DNA from: Snowella sp.
GTDB lineage: Bacteria; Cyanobacteriota; Cyanobacteriia; Cyanobacteriales; Microcystaceae
DNA: 30,038 nucleotides
Direction of reading: 5' to 3'
Assembly (NCBI GenBank): GCA_035285545.1
Contig: JAYKGY010000074.1
Span: forward strand, 1 to 30,038
Under the pieces are notes generated by a model. The model was not told the origin of the DNA, did no database searches, and saw only the letters and a list, made by a program, of their open reading frames with translations. The position numbers and the translations under genes were made by a program. Below, piece after piece: positions 1-9,548 of this stretch (positions are counted from its first letter, which is position 1; each line of letters opens with the position of its first letter).

Positions 1-2
1 TA

Positions 3-2474
3 GGAACAGTAGAAGCCGGTCAAACGCTAAATCAAGTCACCTTAACAGTAGGGAACCTGAGTGATGGAACAGCGGAAAAACTGACCTTAAATGGAACAGA
101 ATTTGACCTAGTAGCCGGAACCTATGCGACAACCGGCGGTAGTGTCACTGTAACAGTAAGTGGAGGAACCGCAACCGTCGTATTCACCCCCACAACGGGA
201 TTAACGCCAGCCGAAACGCAAGCATTAGTAACGGGAATAGCGTACCGAAATAGCAGTGAAGACCCAACGGGAGGGAACCGAGTCATCACCATCACCAGCT
301 TGCGAGATAGCGGTGGAACAGCCAATGGCGGAGATGACACAGGCAATCCTAACTTAGTCTCAACAATTACCGTCATTCCGGTTAATGATGCGCCATCGGG
401 GACTAACAACACTAAAACAATTCTTGAAGATAGTTCTTATACTTTTTCGGCAAGTGACTTTGGTTTTACAGATCCTCTTGATGGAAATAACCTAAATAGT
501 GTCAGAGTAAGCACTATCCCGACTCTCGGAAGCTTAACGCTCAATGGAATAGCCGTAACTGCTGGAACGTTGATCAGTAAAGCGGATATTGATAGTGGAA
601 ACTTAAGATTTACCCCCATTGCCAATGATAATCGTATTAGTACGACCGTTCCTTATGCTAGTTTTACTTTCCAAGTACAAGATGATGGAGGAACAGCGAA
701 TGGGGGCATAAATCTAGATCCGACTCCCAATACTTTTAATCTCTTTGTTACGCCAGTCAATGATGCGCCTGTTGCCTATAGTTCTAGTGTGCCTGCTATT
801 ACCATGGGTACAACTAATCCCACTGGAGCAGCAATTAGTTCTTTATTCCGTAACCGTATCTCTTCGCCGAGCAACTATCAGTTTGATGATGTAATTGACC
901 GAGTAACGGGTGGGAGTAATGCCAATACATTAGCGGGAATCGCGATCGCCGGTAATAATGCTAATCCGACAACTGAAGGTAAATGGCAATATTATGCTGG
1001 AACTCAATGGGTTGATATTAGTACGTCCTTGAGTGATAGTTCTGCCCTAACCCTGTTAGCTGCAACCAAGGTGCGCTTTTTACCGGTTGCGGGATATTTC
1101 GGCGATCCAGGTTCTTTGAGTGTGCGCTTAATTGATAGCAGTGGTGCGAGTGGAACCATCGTCAATGGCGGAACCAGAAATGTTTCTGCCAATGGTGGAA
1201 CAACGGCGATCAGCAATCTTGTAACCTTGAGTACGAGAGTTAACGCAGTCAATACTGCGCCGGTCATCAATGATCTAGATGGAGATTTGCTGAATTTCTC
1301 CGGTTCGTCGCCAATGCGGCTCGACCAAACTATTTCGACAGGGGGGATTGCAACCATTACCGATGCCCAAGGACTGCAAAATGGGGGAACCTTGAGTATT
1401 TCCCTCGATTCCGTCACGGGACTGATTCAATCCAATATTTCCTTGGATTTTGGTACAGATATTTCAATTGTTGGCAACGACCTATCTGTAAACGGCACAA
1501 TGATTGGCACGATTGATGCGGTCAATAATGGGTTAACTGGCCAACCGTTGTCTATCACTTTCAATAGCAATGTAACCAATGCACTAGCGACGACTTTACT
1601 CCAAAGTCTTACCTATCAATATACAGGAACAGAATCAGGATTAGTTTCTTTAATCTTTACGGTTGAGGATGGGGGTGATGGCAGGGGGAATGCCTCTCTC
1701 ACTTCCAATCAAGCCATTGTGGATATTTATTCGAGTCCCATTGAGACAAACTATATTTCCGTTTATCCAGGCGGAACCGCTCTCGCGAATATTCTCAAAG
1801 GGAGTCAGACCAGTAAACTCAATGAAGTTATTCACGGTAAAGGGTCTAACGATATTATTTACGGCTATGGCGGAGACGATATTCTTTTTGGTGACGATGG
1901 AGCTGATCGACTCTATGGCGGATCGGACAATGATATGTTGTTGGGGGGCAACGGGGATGATCTGCTCTACGGCGATTACGGTGGTACTATACCCGGAAAT
2001 GATAGTCTCTACGGCGGAGAAGGAAACGACACGCTTTTGGGTGAGAATGGAGACGATCTGTTAGTCGGCGGGGCTGGGGCAGATACGCTTACCGGAGGAT
2101 TGGGAGCCGATCGCTTTGATTTCCGAAACTTGACAGACGGTATCGCACTCTTTGGATCCGGCTTACAGGCTTTCCGTTGCGATGCAATCAGAGACTTTAA
2201 GGTTGCAGAAAATGATCGGATTCTTGTTTCTCGTGTTCCTAGTGCGAGTGAATTTGTCACCGTGCCTAATGTAACTGCTCTAACATCAACAGCGATCGCG
2301 ACTGCCCTAGCCAATTTACAACCCAATTATGTTGCCCAATTTGCCTTTGGAACAACACGAACTTTCCTTGCCATTAATGATGGTACGCTTGGCTATCAAC
2401 AGAATAACGATGCCATTATAGAAATCACTGGTTTCCGCGGGACTCTTAGCTCCAGCATTTTTGCAACTGAATAG
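3..2474 (+). CDS. C-terminal part of a giant secreted surface protein (cadherin/Ig-like repeats, RTX Ca-binding repeats, C-terminal bluetail-like domain); 5' end lies outside the window
   Basis: The frame of ORF 300..2474 is open back to position 3 (GTVEAGQTLNQVTLTVGNLSDG...). It has repeated PVNDAP and DxGGTANGG modules, multiple GGxGxD nonapeptides (GYGGDDIL, GDDGADRL, GGNGDDLL, GGEGNDTL, GGAGADTL), and a C-terminal TFLAINDGTLGYQQNNDAIIEITG typical of cyanobacterial type I-secreted proteins. Confidence 0.85.
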   Translation, partial: GTVEAGQTLNQVTLTVGNLSDGTAEKLTLNGTEFDLVAGTYATTGGSVTVTVSGGTATVVFTPTTGLTPAETQALVTGIAYRNSSEDPTGGNRVITITSLRDSGGTANGGDDTGNPNLVSTITVIPVNDAPSGTNNTKTILEDSSYTFSASDFGFTDPLDGNNLNSVRVSTIPTLGSLTLNGIAVTAGTLISKADIDSGNLRFTPIANDNRISTTVPYASFTFQVQDDGGTANGGINLDPTPNTFNLFVTPVNDAPVAYSSSVPAITMGTTNPTGAAISSLFRNRISSPSNYQFDDVIDRVTGGSNANTLAGIAIAGNNANPTTEGKWQYYAGTQWVDISTSLSDSSALTLLAATKVRFLPVAGYFGDPGSLSVRLIDSSGASGTIVNGGTRNVSANGGTTAISNLVTLSTRVNAVNTAPVINDLDGDLLNFSGSSPMRLDQTISTGGIATITDAQGLQNGGTLSISLDSVTGLIQSNISLDFGTDISIVGNDLSVNGTMIGTIDAVNNGLTGQPLSITFNSNVTNALATTLLQSLTYQYTGTESGLVSLIFTVEDGGDGRGNASLTSNQAIVDIYSSPIETNYISVYPGGTALANILKGSQTSKLNEVIHGKGSNDIIYGYGGDDILFGDDGADRLYGGSDNDMLLGGNGDDLLYGDYGGTIPGNDSLYGGEGNDTLLGENGDDLLVGGAGADTLTGGLGADRFDFRNLTDGIALFGSGLQAFRCDAIRDFKVAENDRILVSRVPSASEFVTVPNVTALTSTAIATALANLQPNYVAQFAFGTTRTFLAINDGTLGYQQNNDAIIEITGFRGTLSSSIFATE

Positions 2475-2486
2475 ATCTAAATGCTG

Positions 2487-2510
2487 AAAAAAAACAGGAG
2501 TGAAGCTCCT
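2487..2510 (-). terminator. Possible rho-independent terminator (minus strand)
   Basis: AGGAG-TGAAG-CTCCT hairpin preceded by an A8 run on + (U-tract on -), between convergent genes. The stem is only 5 bp. Confidence 0.3.
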
Positions 2511-2745
2511 ATCAAGAAAACACAGAGAATTGGGCATTGCATCATAGAGATATGAATGGAGGAAATCCAAAGGCAATGCCCTGAAGGTCAATCAACTCAA
2601 ATTGGTAACAATGGAATCAATAAACCAGGTAAACAAAATTATCTTGGTGTTGTGAGGCAGCCCCTAATGGTTAGGTACTCTTGATATTTTTTCAGTCAAC
2701 ATCTATCGAATTGTTCATTGGTTAATTGAACGCGATCGCTTAAAT

Positions 2746-2964
2746 TTAAAAATCCCTGATTATCGAAGCATTGACAGAATTTTTAACCAAATTAATCGCA
2801 TCGATGCACATTTCATAGTTAGGATATAACTGACCCGAAACAGCGATCGGTTGCTTATTTTTGCCTTCTCTCAGAGTCCAGAGCCACTCTCCATGTTTAT
2901 CTCTCCAAACTCGAAACTCAAGGTCTAGCATATTTTTTGGCTGAATTGATAAATAGGTGTTCAT
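2746..2964 (-). CDS. YegP/DUF1508 family small protein (start may be the internal ATG at 2931)
   Basis: FRVWRDKHGEWLWTLREGKNKQPIAVSGQLYPNYEMCIDAINLVK matches the DUF1508 pattern (D..GEWRW.L...N...IA.SGE.Y....C...I..VK). Confidence 0.75.
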   Translation of the reverse strand: MNTYLSIQPKNMLDLEFRVWRDKHGEWLWTLREGKNKQPIAVSGQLYPNYEMCIDAINLVKNSVNASIIRDF

Positions 2965-3186
2965 CCATCATCTTACAAAGTTATCTTTCATTTGTAAACA
3001 AGAAAAAGTATGGAAAAGTATGTTTTTCAAAAAGCGTCAATAACAATCAAAAACAGCCAAATTAAGCATTTTCTTGTAGAAAAGGGACAAGAGCATCATT
3101 TCAATTTTTCTTTTAGGTCTTATCATTGAAATCTAGACTAATATAACGAGCCGACATTCTAAAATAGCGAAAAAAGGAAGGTTTTT

Positions 3187-3639
3187 ATGACATTAGCCCC
3201 TTCGACCGTATCCCTCTACGAAGAAGATTATGTTGAATGGATAGATGTCACCCTGACACAGTTACAAAACCGCGACCTCCAGAATTTAGACTGGGAACAT
3301 TTAATTGAAGAGGTAGAAGCCTTGGGTCGAGAGCAACGTCATAAAGTGGAAAGCTATTCTCTCAAACTTCTCATTCATCTTTTACTGTATCAATATTGGC
3401 AAACGGAAAAAAACTGGTCAGGGAAAGGCTGGGAACAGGAAATTGATAACTTTCGGCTGGAATTGGAAATTTTACTGGAATCCAAAGTTCTTTACAACTA
3501 TTTGCTCACTGTTCTCGATAAAAACTACCAAAAAGCCCGAAAAAATGTCATTCGTAAGTCTCAATTACCTACGGAGCTATTTCCTCAAACGTGCCCCTAC
3601 ACGATTGAACAATTGCTTGACGCTGATTGGTTGCCGTAG
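3187..3639 (+). CDS. DUF29 family protein
   Basis: LYEEDYVEW...LDWEHLIEEVEALGR...LLIHLL..QY...FPQTCPYTIEQLLDADWLP; AGGAAGG RBS-like sequence upstream. Confidence 0.92.
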   Translation: MTLAPSTVSLYEEDYVEWIDVTLTQLQNRDLQNLDWEHLIEEVEALGREQRHKVESYSLKLLIHLLLYQYWQTEKNWSGKGWEQEIDNFRLELEILLESKVLYNYLLTVLDKNYQKARKNVIRKSQLPTELFPQTCPYTIEQLLDADWLP

Positions 3640-3859
3640 AAACTATTACACATTTTGAAGAAATTGTGGCGAAAAATGGGGATCGGCATAGGATACAGCT
3701 AAGATGCAAATGTTAACAATAGCAAGCCTGTCGATTTGAAGATTCATTTTTATACTTGAATCGTTCAATGAATTTAATGCAAACCTTACCCAACAGAACC
3801 GTAAGGTGAAATACGCTTGTTTTCCGTCAATCAAAGTGAGTAAAGCCCTAGAAAATTCT

Positions 3860-5470
3860 ATGACCATCGTTGCCCCCACTGCTACCGAAACCGTTGAAAA
3901 AAGCATTTCAACCCAACCTAAGCCCCAAATTATCGGTATCCCAAAAGAAACCTATCCCAACGAATGCCGAGTGGCAGCAACTCCCGATACCGCCAAAAAG
4001 CTGCAAAAATTAGGTTTTGAAGTCATTGTTGAAACGGGGGCAGGTTCCCAGGCAAACTTTGCCGATGCAGCCTATGAACAGGCCGATTGCCGCATTATTG
4101 ATGATGTTGATACGCTGCTAAACCAAGCGGATATTATCCTCAAAGTTCGTCCTCCTTCAGCCGAAGAAGTTGCTCGGTTACCCCTTGGGAAAACTTTAAT
4201 TAGCTTTATTTGGCCTGCCCAAAATGCTGAACTGTTAGAACAATTGGCCCAACGTCAAGCAACGGTTATTGCAATGGATTCGGTTCCTCGCATTAGCCGC
4301 GCCCAAAAATTAGATGCATTAAGTTCCATGGCCAATATTGCGGGTTATCGGGCTGTGATTGAAGCTGCGAATAATTTTGGTCGATTCTTTACGGGACAAA
4401 TTACCGCCGCCGGAAAAGTTCCCCCCGCTAAAGTTCTGGTCATTGGGGCAGGAGTTGCAGGGTTAGCTGCCATTGGAACCGCGAAAGGATTGGGCGCGAT
4501 CGTGCGAGCTTTTGATACTCGTCCTGTGGTGAAAGAACAAGTGGAAAGTATGGGCGGTGAGTTTTTGGAATTGCACTTTGCCGAAGATGGAACGGGCGAA
4601 GGGGGTTACGCCAAAACCATGAGTAAGGAATTTATTGATGCAGAAATGGCTTTGTTTGCAGACCAAGCCAAGGAAGTTGACATTATCATTACAACTGCAT
4701 TGATTCCTGGTCGTCCTGCTCCCAAATTAATTACCGAAGCGATGGTGTCCACTATGAAAGATGGTTCCGTTATCGTCGATTTAGCTTCAGAACAGGGGGG
4801 AAATTGCGAAGTTACCAAACCTGGAGAAGTTTACCGCTATAAAGGGGTAACCATTATCGGTTATACGGATTTACCTAGCCGTATGGCCAATCAATCCAGT
4901 CAATTGTATGGCACAAATCTCTGGCATCTGCTCAAGGATATGGGCGGGGCGGAAAAATATGAAGTCAATGAAGAAGATGAGGTGATTCGTGGAGCCTTAA
5001 TTCTCAAAGAAGGCAAAATCACCTGGCCACCGCCGAAAGTCGTTAATCCTTCCCCCGTGAAGGCAGAACCTGCAAAAACAGCCGCAGTTACCCCAGAAAC
5101 ATCTGAAAAGGCAAAACCGCAAAAGTCTGATAAAACCCTACTTTGGGTTGTCTTAGCCGTACTAGCCCTATTAGGAATTGGTATTGGTGCGCCTGCTTCC
5201 TTTTTAACCCATTTAACGGTTTTTGTTCTGGCTTGTATTATCGGTTGGCAAGTTATTTGGAATGTTGCGCCTGCTTTGCATACACCCTTGATGAGTGTGA
5301 CCAATGCCATTAGCGGCATCATCATTATCGGCGGGATGTTACAAATTTCTGGCCCGTTAAATTCTCCGACAACTATTTTGGGCGCGATCGCGATTTTAGT
5401 CGGCACGATTAATATTGCAGGTGGCTTTTTAGTTACTCAACGAATGTTAAAAATGTTCAAACGTAATTAG
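3860..5470 (+). CDS. pntA: NAD(P) transhydrogenase subunit alpha (fused domain I plus TM segment)
   Basis: [86 protein letters not shown] 3860 preferred over the upstream GTG 3806. Confidence 0.97.
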   Translation: MTIVAPTATETVEKSISTQPKPQIIGIPKETYPNECRVAATPDTAKKLQKLGFEVIVETGAGSQANFADAAYEQADCRIIDDVDTLLNQADIILKVRPPSAEEVARLPLGKTLISFIWPAQNAELLEQLAQRQATVIAMDSVPRISRAQKLDALSSMANIAGYRAVIEAANNFGRFFTGQITAAGKVPPAKVLVIGAGVAGLAAIGTAKGLGAIVRAFDTRPVVKEQVESMGGEFLELHFAEDGTGEGGYAKTMSKEFIDAEMALFADQAKEVDIIITTALIPGRPAPKLITEAMVSTMKDGSVIVDLASEQGGNCEVTKPGEVYRYKGVTIIGYTDLPSRMANQSSQLYGTNLWHLLKDMGGAEKYEVNEEDEVIRGALILKEGKITWPPPKVVNPSPVKAEPAKTAAVTPETSEKAKPQKSDKTLLWVVLAVLALLGIGIGAPASFLTHLTVFVLACIIGWQVIWNVAPALHTPLMSVTNAISGIIIIGGMLQISGPLNSPTTILGAIAILVGTINIAGGFLVTQRMLKMFKRN

Positions 5471-5496
5471 ATATCTTAGATTAAGAGGTAATTATT

Positions 5497-6069
5497 ATGG
5501 CTAGAAAATCAAAAGAATTCCTTGAGCTTTTTTATGAAGATAGCCCCCAAAAACAGCCCACGTTAGCTAAGAAAACTAAAAATAAGCTTCAAAGAAAGCG
5601 AGAAAAAGAAGCCTTTAAGCGTTTTAAAGAAAAACTAGAAAGTAATCCTGACAATCAAAACAAATTGTTTATTGAAAATCCCAAACATTTGAGAAAAATG
5701 TCTGAAGTGTTGATAGATTTTATTCAACCTTTTCTAGATGATGTGGAAACCAGTCAACAGCGTACCATGCTTGTAGAAATTGCAATCATGGCTTGGAATG
5801 TGGCGTTACTTCCTGAAGAAACACGGGAAGAATTTCTGCAACAAATGCTTTCTTCAAAAAATAATCAGGGGATTAGTTTGTTCACTGAAGAGAATTCTGA
5901 AACTAAAGAAGAATTTCAACGACTTATGAAAAGATTAATTAAGCGAAAATTAAAATATTTTGCTGAAGAAAATCGATTTGTCACTGATTTTCAAGTTACA
6001 GAAGATACTGGACATTTTCATATTTCGGTTGCCTCTTCTCCTATCCAGCCACCGACTGAAGTTGAGTGA
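5497..6069 (+). CDS. Hypothetical protein (Lys/Glu-rich, KMSEVL..FI.P / AWN.ALLP motifs)
   Basis: 190-aa ORF with GAGG RBS 27 nt after the pntA stop; AT-rich; no function recognised. Confidence 0.75.
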   Translation: MARKSKEFLELFYEDSPQKQPTLAKKTKNKLQRKREKEAFKRFKEKLESNPDNQNKLFIENPKHLRKMSEVLIDFIQPFLDDVETSQQRTMLVEIAIMAWNVALLPEETREEFLQQMLSSKNNQGISLFTEENSETKEEFQRLMKRLIKRKLKYFAEENRFVTDFQVTEDTGHFHISVASSPIQPPTEVE

Positions 6070-6101
6070 AAGTGATTTCGTTCCTATCTCGTGGCTAATA
6101 A

Positions 6102-6134
6102 CTTCCCCCCTTTCAAAGGGGGGCTAGGGGGGAT
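6102..6134 (-). repeat. C/G-run hairpin repeat (REP/SDR-like), copy A
   Basis: CTTCCCCCCTTTCAAAGGGGGGCTAGGGGGGAT containing the palindrome CCCCCCTTT-C-AAAGGGGGG. Its reverse complement matches 27209..27241 at 32/33 nt. Confidence 0.85.
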
Positions 6135-6186
6135 TCAAATTTGGTAATAACAGAAAGTCGATACCAAGCTAAGGGGATAAATTTCA

Positions 6187-6558
6187 ATGACTACTTTTAA
6201 AGAAGGCCAATATTTTCTCCCTTATAATCCTCAGTTAATTGAAAGAGCCAAAGAAATGCGAAAACAACCGACTCTTGCTGAACGCAAACTGTGGGGATAT
6301 CTACGTACCTTTCCTGTAAAAATATGGAGGCAAAAACCAATTAATCACTTTATCGTTGATTTTTATTGCCCAAAACTAAAATTAGTGATTGAGGTTGATG
6401 GAGATAGTCATTCTACTGATTCAGCACTAATTTACGATCAGGAAAGAACTCGTATTTTGGAAAGTTATGGTTTAAAAATTATTCGATTTACTAATGTAGA
6501 AGTTTTGAATAATTTTAAAGGAGTTTGTGAGGAAATCAGGAGTTTTATTCCTCCTTGA
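6187..6558 (+). CDS. DUF559 / Vsr-like PD-(D/E)XK endonuclease domain protein
   Basis: RAKEMRKQPTLAERKLW..LR...RQKPI..FIVDFYC...KLVIEVDGDSH...YDQERT..LE..GLKIIRFTN.EV. Confidence 0.92.
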   Translation: MTTFKEGQYFLPYNPQLIERAKEMRKQPTLAERKLWGYLRTFPVKIWRQKPINHFIVDFYCPKLKLVIEVDGDSHSTDSALIYDQERTRILESYGLKIIRFTNVEVLNNFKGVCEEIRSFIPP

Positions 6559-6632
6559 ATCATCTTTTCCCCTACTCCCACCCCTTTAAAGTGATTTATT
6601 TCCTTGAATCTTTGTCCTTCTTCACGTAATTT

Positions 6633-6665
6633 ATCCCCCTAAATCCCCCTTTGAAAGGGGGACTT
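6633..6665 (+). repeat. C/G-run hairpin repeat, copy B (inverted relative to copy A)
   Basis: ATCCCCCTAAATCCCCCTTTGAAAGGGGGACTT with palindrome CCCCCTTT-G-AAAGGGGG, just upstream of pntB. Confidence 0.85.
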
Positions 6666-6704
6666 GAAAGACTCAAAAATTGTTTTAGGTTTGAATTAAT
6701 TATT

Positions 6705-8144
6705 ATGTCTAACAGTCTTGTTACCGTCGCCTATATTGCGGCTAGTGTGCTTTTTATCCTCAGTTTAGGTGGGCTTTCTAACCAAGAAACCGCCCGTCGA
6801 GGAAATATTTACGGTATTAGCGGAATGTTAATCGCTTTTGCTGCTACGGCTTTAAATGGTCAATTTACGGGTTATACCACCTTAATTGGGGCCATTGTCC
6901 CTGCGGTGATTATTGGTGCAGTGCTGGCTTCCCGTGTTGCCATGACTTCCATGCCTGAGTTGGTCGCAATCTTACACAGTTTTGTTGGTTTAGCGGCGGT
7001 TTTAGTGGGTATTGCCAATTATCTCGCCCCTGATTCCCAAATTACGGGTACAGAGGAAATTATTCATCAACTGGAAATTTATATAGGGGTATTTATCGGG
7101 GCAGTTACCTTTACGGGATCGATTGTGGCCTTTGGCAAACTCCGCGCCATTATCAGTAGTAAGCCGTTGATGTTACCTGCTCGGCATTTTCTGAATATTG
7201 GCCTGCTCGTTGCCACCGTGATTTTAGGCGTGCAATTTATGCAGGCTCCCAATGTGCAAGGTTTACAGCCGTTGTTAATTATGTCAGCGATCGCGGGTGT
7301 TTTAGGAATTCATCTCGTCGCGGCGATCGGTGGGGCAGATATGCCAGTGGTGATCTCCATGCTTAATAGCTATTCGGGTTGGGCAGCCGCAGCCGCAGGG
7401 TTTATGTTATCCAATGACCTGTTAATTGTGGTAGGAGCTTTAGTGGGCAGTAGTGGCGCGATCCTGAGCTTTATTATGTGCCGTGCCATGAATCGCTCCT
7501 TTATTAGCGTTATTCTGGGAGGATTTGGAGAAGGGGCGAGTAAATCGACAGGGGCTAAAGTTGAGGCTCCCACAGGAATCGTTACAGCAACGACCGCCGA
7601 TGAAGTGGCCGAGCTATTAGCGGATGCTCAAAATGTCATTATTACCCCTGGTTACGGAATGGCAGTGGCTCAAGCTCAACACGCGGTTTCCGATATCACT
7701 AAATTATTACGAAACCAAAAAGTGAACGTGCGCTTTGGCATTCACCCCGTTGCAGGACGCTTACCAGGACACATGAACGTTTTATTAGCAGAAGCCAATG
7801 TTCCCTACGATATTGTGTTAGAAATGGATGAAATTAACGAAGATTTCCCCGAAACCGATGTTGTACTGGTCATTGGTGCTAATGATACGGTGAATCCGAG
7901 TGCGTTAGAAGATCCCAGTTGCGCGATCGCGGGAATGCCCGTTCTCGAAGTTTGGAAAGCCCGTCATGTGGTGGTGATGAAACGTAGTATGGCAAGCGGC
8001 TATGCAGGGGTCGAAAATCCCTTATTTTTCAAAGAAAATACCCAAATGCTCTTTGGAGATGCTAAGAAAAATGTGGATGCAATCCTAACTCATCTACGGG
8101 AAAAAGAAGTTCCTAGTAATGAAAAAATGTTAGTAAAAGCTTAG
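6705..8144 (+). CDS. pntB: NAD(P) transhydrogenase subunit beta
   Basis: [97 protein letters not shown] 6705 chosen because the TTG at 6651 lies inside the repeat. Confidence 0.97.
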   Translation: MSNSLVTVAYIAASVLFILSLGGLSNQETARRGNIYGISGMLIAFAATALNGQFTGYTTLIGAIVPAVIIGAVLASRVAMTSMPELVAILHSFVGLAAVLVGIANYLAPDSQITGTEEIIHQLEIYIGVFIGAVTFTGSIVAFGKLRAIISSKPLMLPARHFLNIGLLVATVILGVQFMQAPNVQGLQPLLIMSAIAGVLGIHLVAAIGGADMPVVISMLNSYSGWAAAAAGFMLSNDLLIVVGALVGSSGAILSFIMCRAMNRSFISVILGGFGEGASKSTGAKVEAPTGIVTATTADEVAELLADAQNVIITPGYGMAVAQAQHAVSDITKLLRNQKVNVRFGIHPVAGRLPGHMNVLLAEANVPYDIVLEMDEINEDFPETDVVLVIGANDTVNPSALEDPSCAIAGMPVLEVWKARHVVVMKRSMASGYAGVENPLFFKENTQMLFGDAKKNVDAILTHLREKEVPSNEKMLVKA

Positions 8145-8151
8145 GCTAACC

Positions 8152-8179
8152 GTAAGGGTGGGGTTGCTCTCATCCTTAC
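8152..8179 (+). repeat. GTAG-type REP-like hairpin, possibly also a terminator after pntB
   Basis: GTAAGGGTGGGGTTGCTCTCATCCTTAC, an imperfect palindrome with GTAA/TTAC ends. Confidence 0.5.
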
Positions 8180-8232
8180 TCAGCAGACGTTTTGTGTTAT
8201 CCTGTTTTTGAACGTTTACCTCAAGCTTGGCT

Positions 8233-8901
8233 ATGCCTCAATCTAGACCCTACCAACCGGCTTTACTCCGCATTTTACACGGTGCCGCAATGGTACTCGT
8301 CATTTTGGCATTGATCACAGGCTTCTGGGTTTATAACACTTACGATAAACGCTGGGGCAGTCTTGCACTACCAACATTGGGGGATATTCAAGGCATTCAC
8401 GGTACGATCGCGTTAGTCTTTTTATTAATTATTCCCTTTTTCGCGCTATATAGTTTTCATTTAGGGCAAAAACGCTTAATTCAAGCTAATACTTTAAATC
8501 AATTAACCCAGATTGGTAAACCGATTTGGTGGATTACGTTGCAACGGTTTGCCAATACTTTAATGTTGCTGGCTGTGACCTTTGCGGTGATCACGGGTCG
8601 CATGATGAAGGAAGAATGGTTGCCTGCGGGAGAGATTAACCGTCAATGGTATTTAGCCCATTTAACAGCTTGGCTTTGCGTTTTGATTAGCTTAGCAATT
8701 CATTTATTATTAGGGGCGAAAGTCGGTGGGGTTCCCTTGCTGCTTTCCATGTTGAGTTGGCAAATTCGTCAAGATGATGTTCCTCGCGCTTGGTTGCGGG
8801 GGATTCAATGGAATTATGCAAATTTGAGCTTAAAAATTATTGAGATTGTCGTTATTGGCGGAATTGTTCTAGCATTTATTCTCCCTGCGTTTAATAGCTA
8901 A
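8233..8901 (+). CDS. Cytochrome b/b6 (Ni-hydrogenase cyt b-like) domain membrane protein
   Basis: RPYQPALLRILHG...ITGFW, four TM helices with His residues (LHG, IHG, AHL, IHL) consistent with heme b ligation. Confidence 0.8.
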   Translation: MPQSRPYQPALLRILHGAAMVLVILALITGFWVYNTYDKRWGSLALPTLGDIQGIHGTIALVFLLIIPFFALYSFHLGQKRLIQANTLNQLTQIGKPIWWITLQRFANTLMLLAVTFAVITGRMMKEEWLPAGEINRQWYLAHLTAWLCVLISLAIHLLLGAKVGGVPLLLSMLSWQIRQDDVPRAWLRGIQWNYANLSLKIIEIVVIGGIVLAFILPAFNS

Positions 8902-8998
8902 ATTAACCAGATTAGCGTTGCATTGCGTCCTGAATAGATTGTAAAATTGAGGATTGTGACTATCCCGTGCAATTTTTAGAATTGGAAAAATCAAGATT

Positions 8999-9457
8999 AT
9001 GTCGAAACGAGTACAAGTTATTTTAAACAAACCCGTAGATAAATTGGGTAAAAATGGTGAATTAGTTGAAGTCGCCCCTGGTTATGCCCGTAACTATTTA
9101 ATTCCTCAAGGAATGGCTGTTGTCGCTACACCGGGTCTGATTCGTCAAGCGGAACAGCGCAAAGCAAAAGAACTCGAACGTCTGGCTGCGGAAAAAGGTG
9201 CGGCGGAAGGTCGCAAAAAAGCATTGGAAACCGTCGGTCGTTTTGTTATCAAGAAACAATTGGGCGAAAACGAAGCAATCTTCGGAACCGTTACCACTCA
9301 AGATGTGGTTGATGCGATTAAAGCGGCTACTAATCAAGAAATCGATCGCCGTGGGGTAACCTTACCGGAAATCAGCAAGGTCGGATTTTACAAAGCACAA
9401 GTTAAAATTCATCCCGAAGTTACGGCTGAAGTTGAAATTCAAGTTGCTCCCTTGTAA
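8999..9457 (+). CDS. rplI: 50S ribosomal protein L9
   Basis: [43 protein letters not shown]; 152 aa. Confidence 0.98.
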   Translation: MSKRVQVILNKPVDKLGKNGELVEVAPGYARNYLIPQGMAVVATPGLIRQAEQRKAKELERLAAEKGAAEGRKKALETVGRFVIKKQLGENEAIFGTVTTQDVVDAIKAATNQEIDRRGVTLPEISKVGFYKAQVKIHPEVTAEVEIQVAPL

Positions 9458-9548
9458 GATTACAGATCATCCAGCGTCGGAATTCGGTGGACAATGCCGC
9501 CATTTAACTTGTTCACTGAACTCCAGCGATCGCCCCTAAAGGTAACCA

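Noticed and set aside
2532..2581. Inverted 9-mer GGGCATTGC...GCAATGCCC as an ncRNA or REP remnant
   Set aside because: Short stem with a 32-nt loop and no further support.
122..2591. Antisense and alternate-frame ORFs over the adhesin (122-412, 1004-1417, 1663-2064, 2009-2326 and others)
   Set aside because: Shadow ORFs of a long coding frame with no recognisable motifs.
3784..3808. Riboswitch in the pntA leader (ACCTTAC...GTAAGGT stem)
   Set aside because: A single 7-bp stem with no recognisable aptamer consensus.
4463..5406. Minus-strand ORFs within pntA, and similar ones inside pntB, rplI, the HDO gene, the FGE gene, the symporter and the kinase
   Set aside because: They overlap well-supported genes entirely and have no independent evidence.
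6651..6704. N-terminal extension of PntB (MKGGLERLK...)
   Set aside because: The TTG start lies inside the hairpin repeat. Homology-like sequence begins at ATG 6705.
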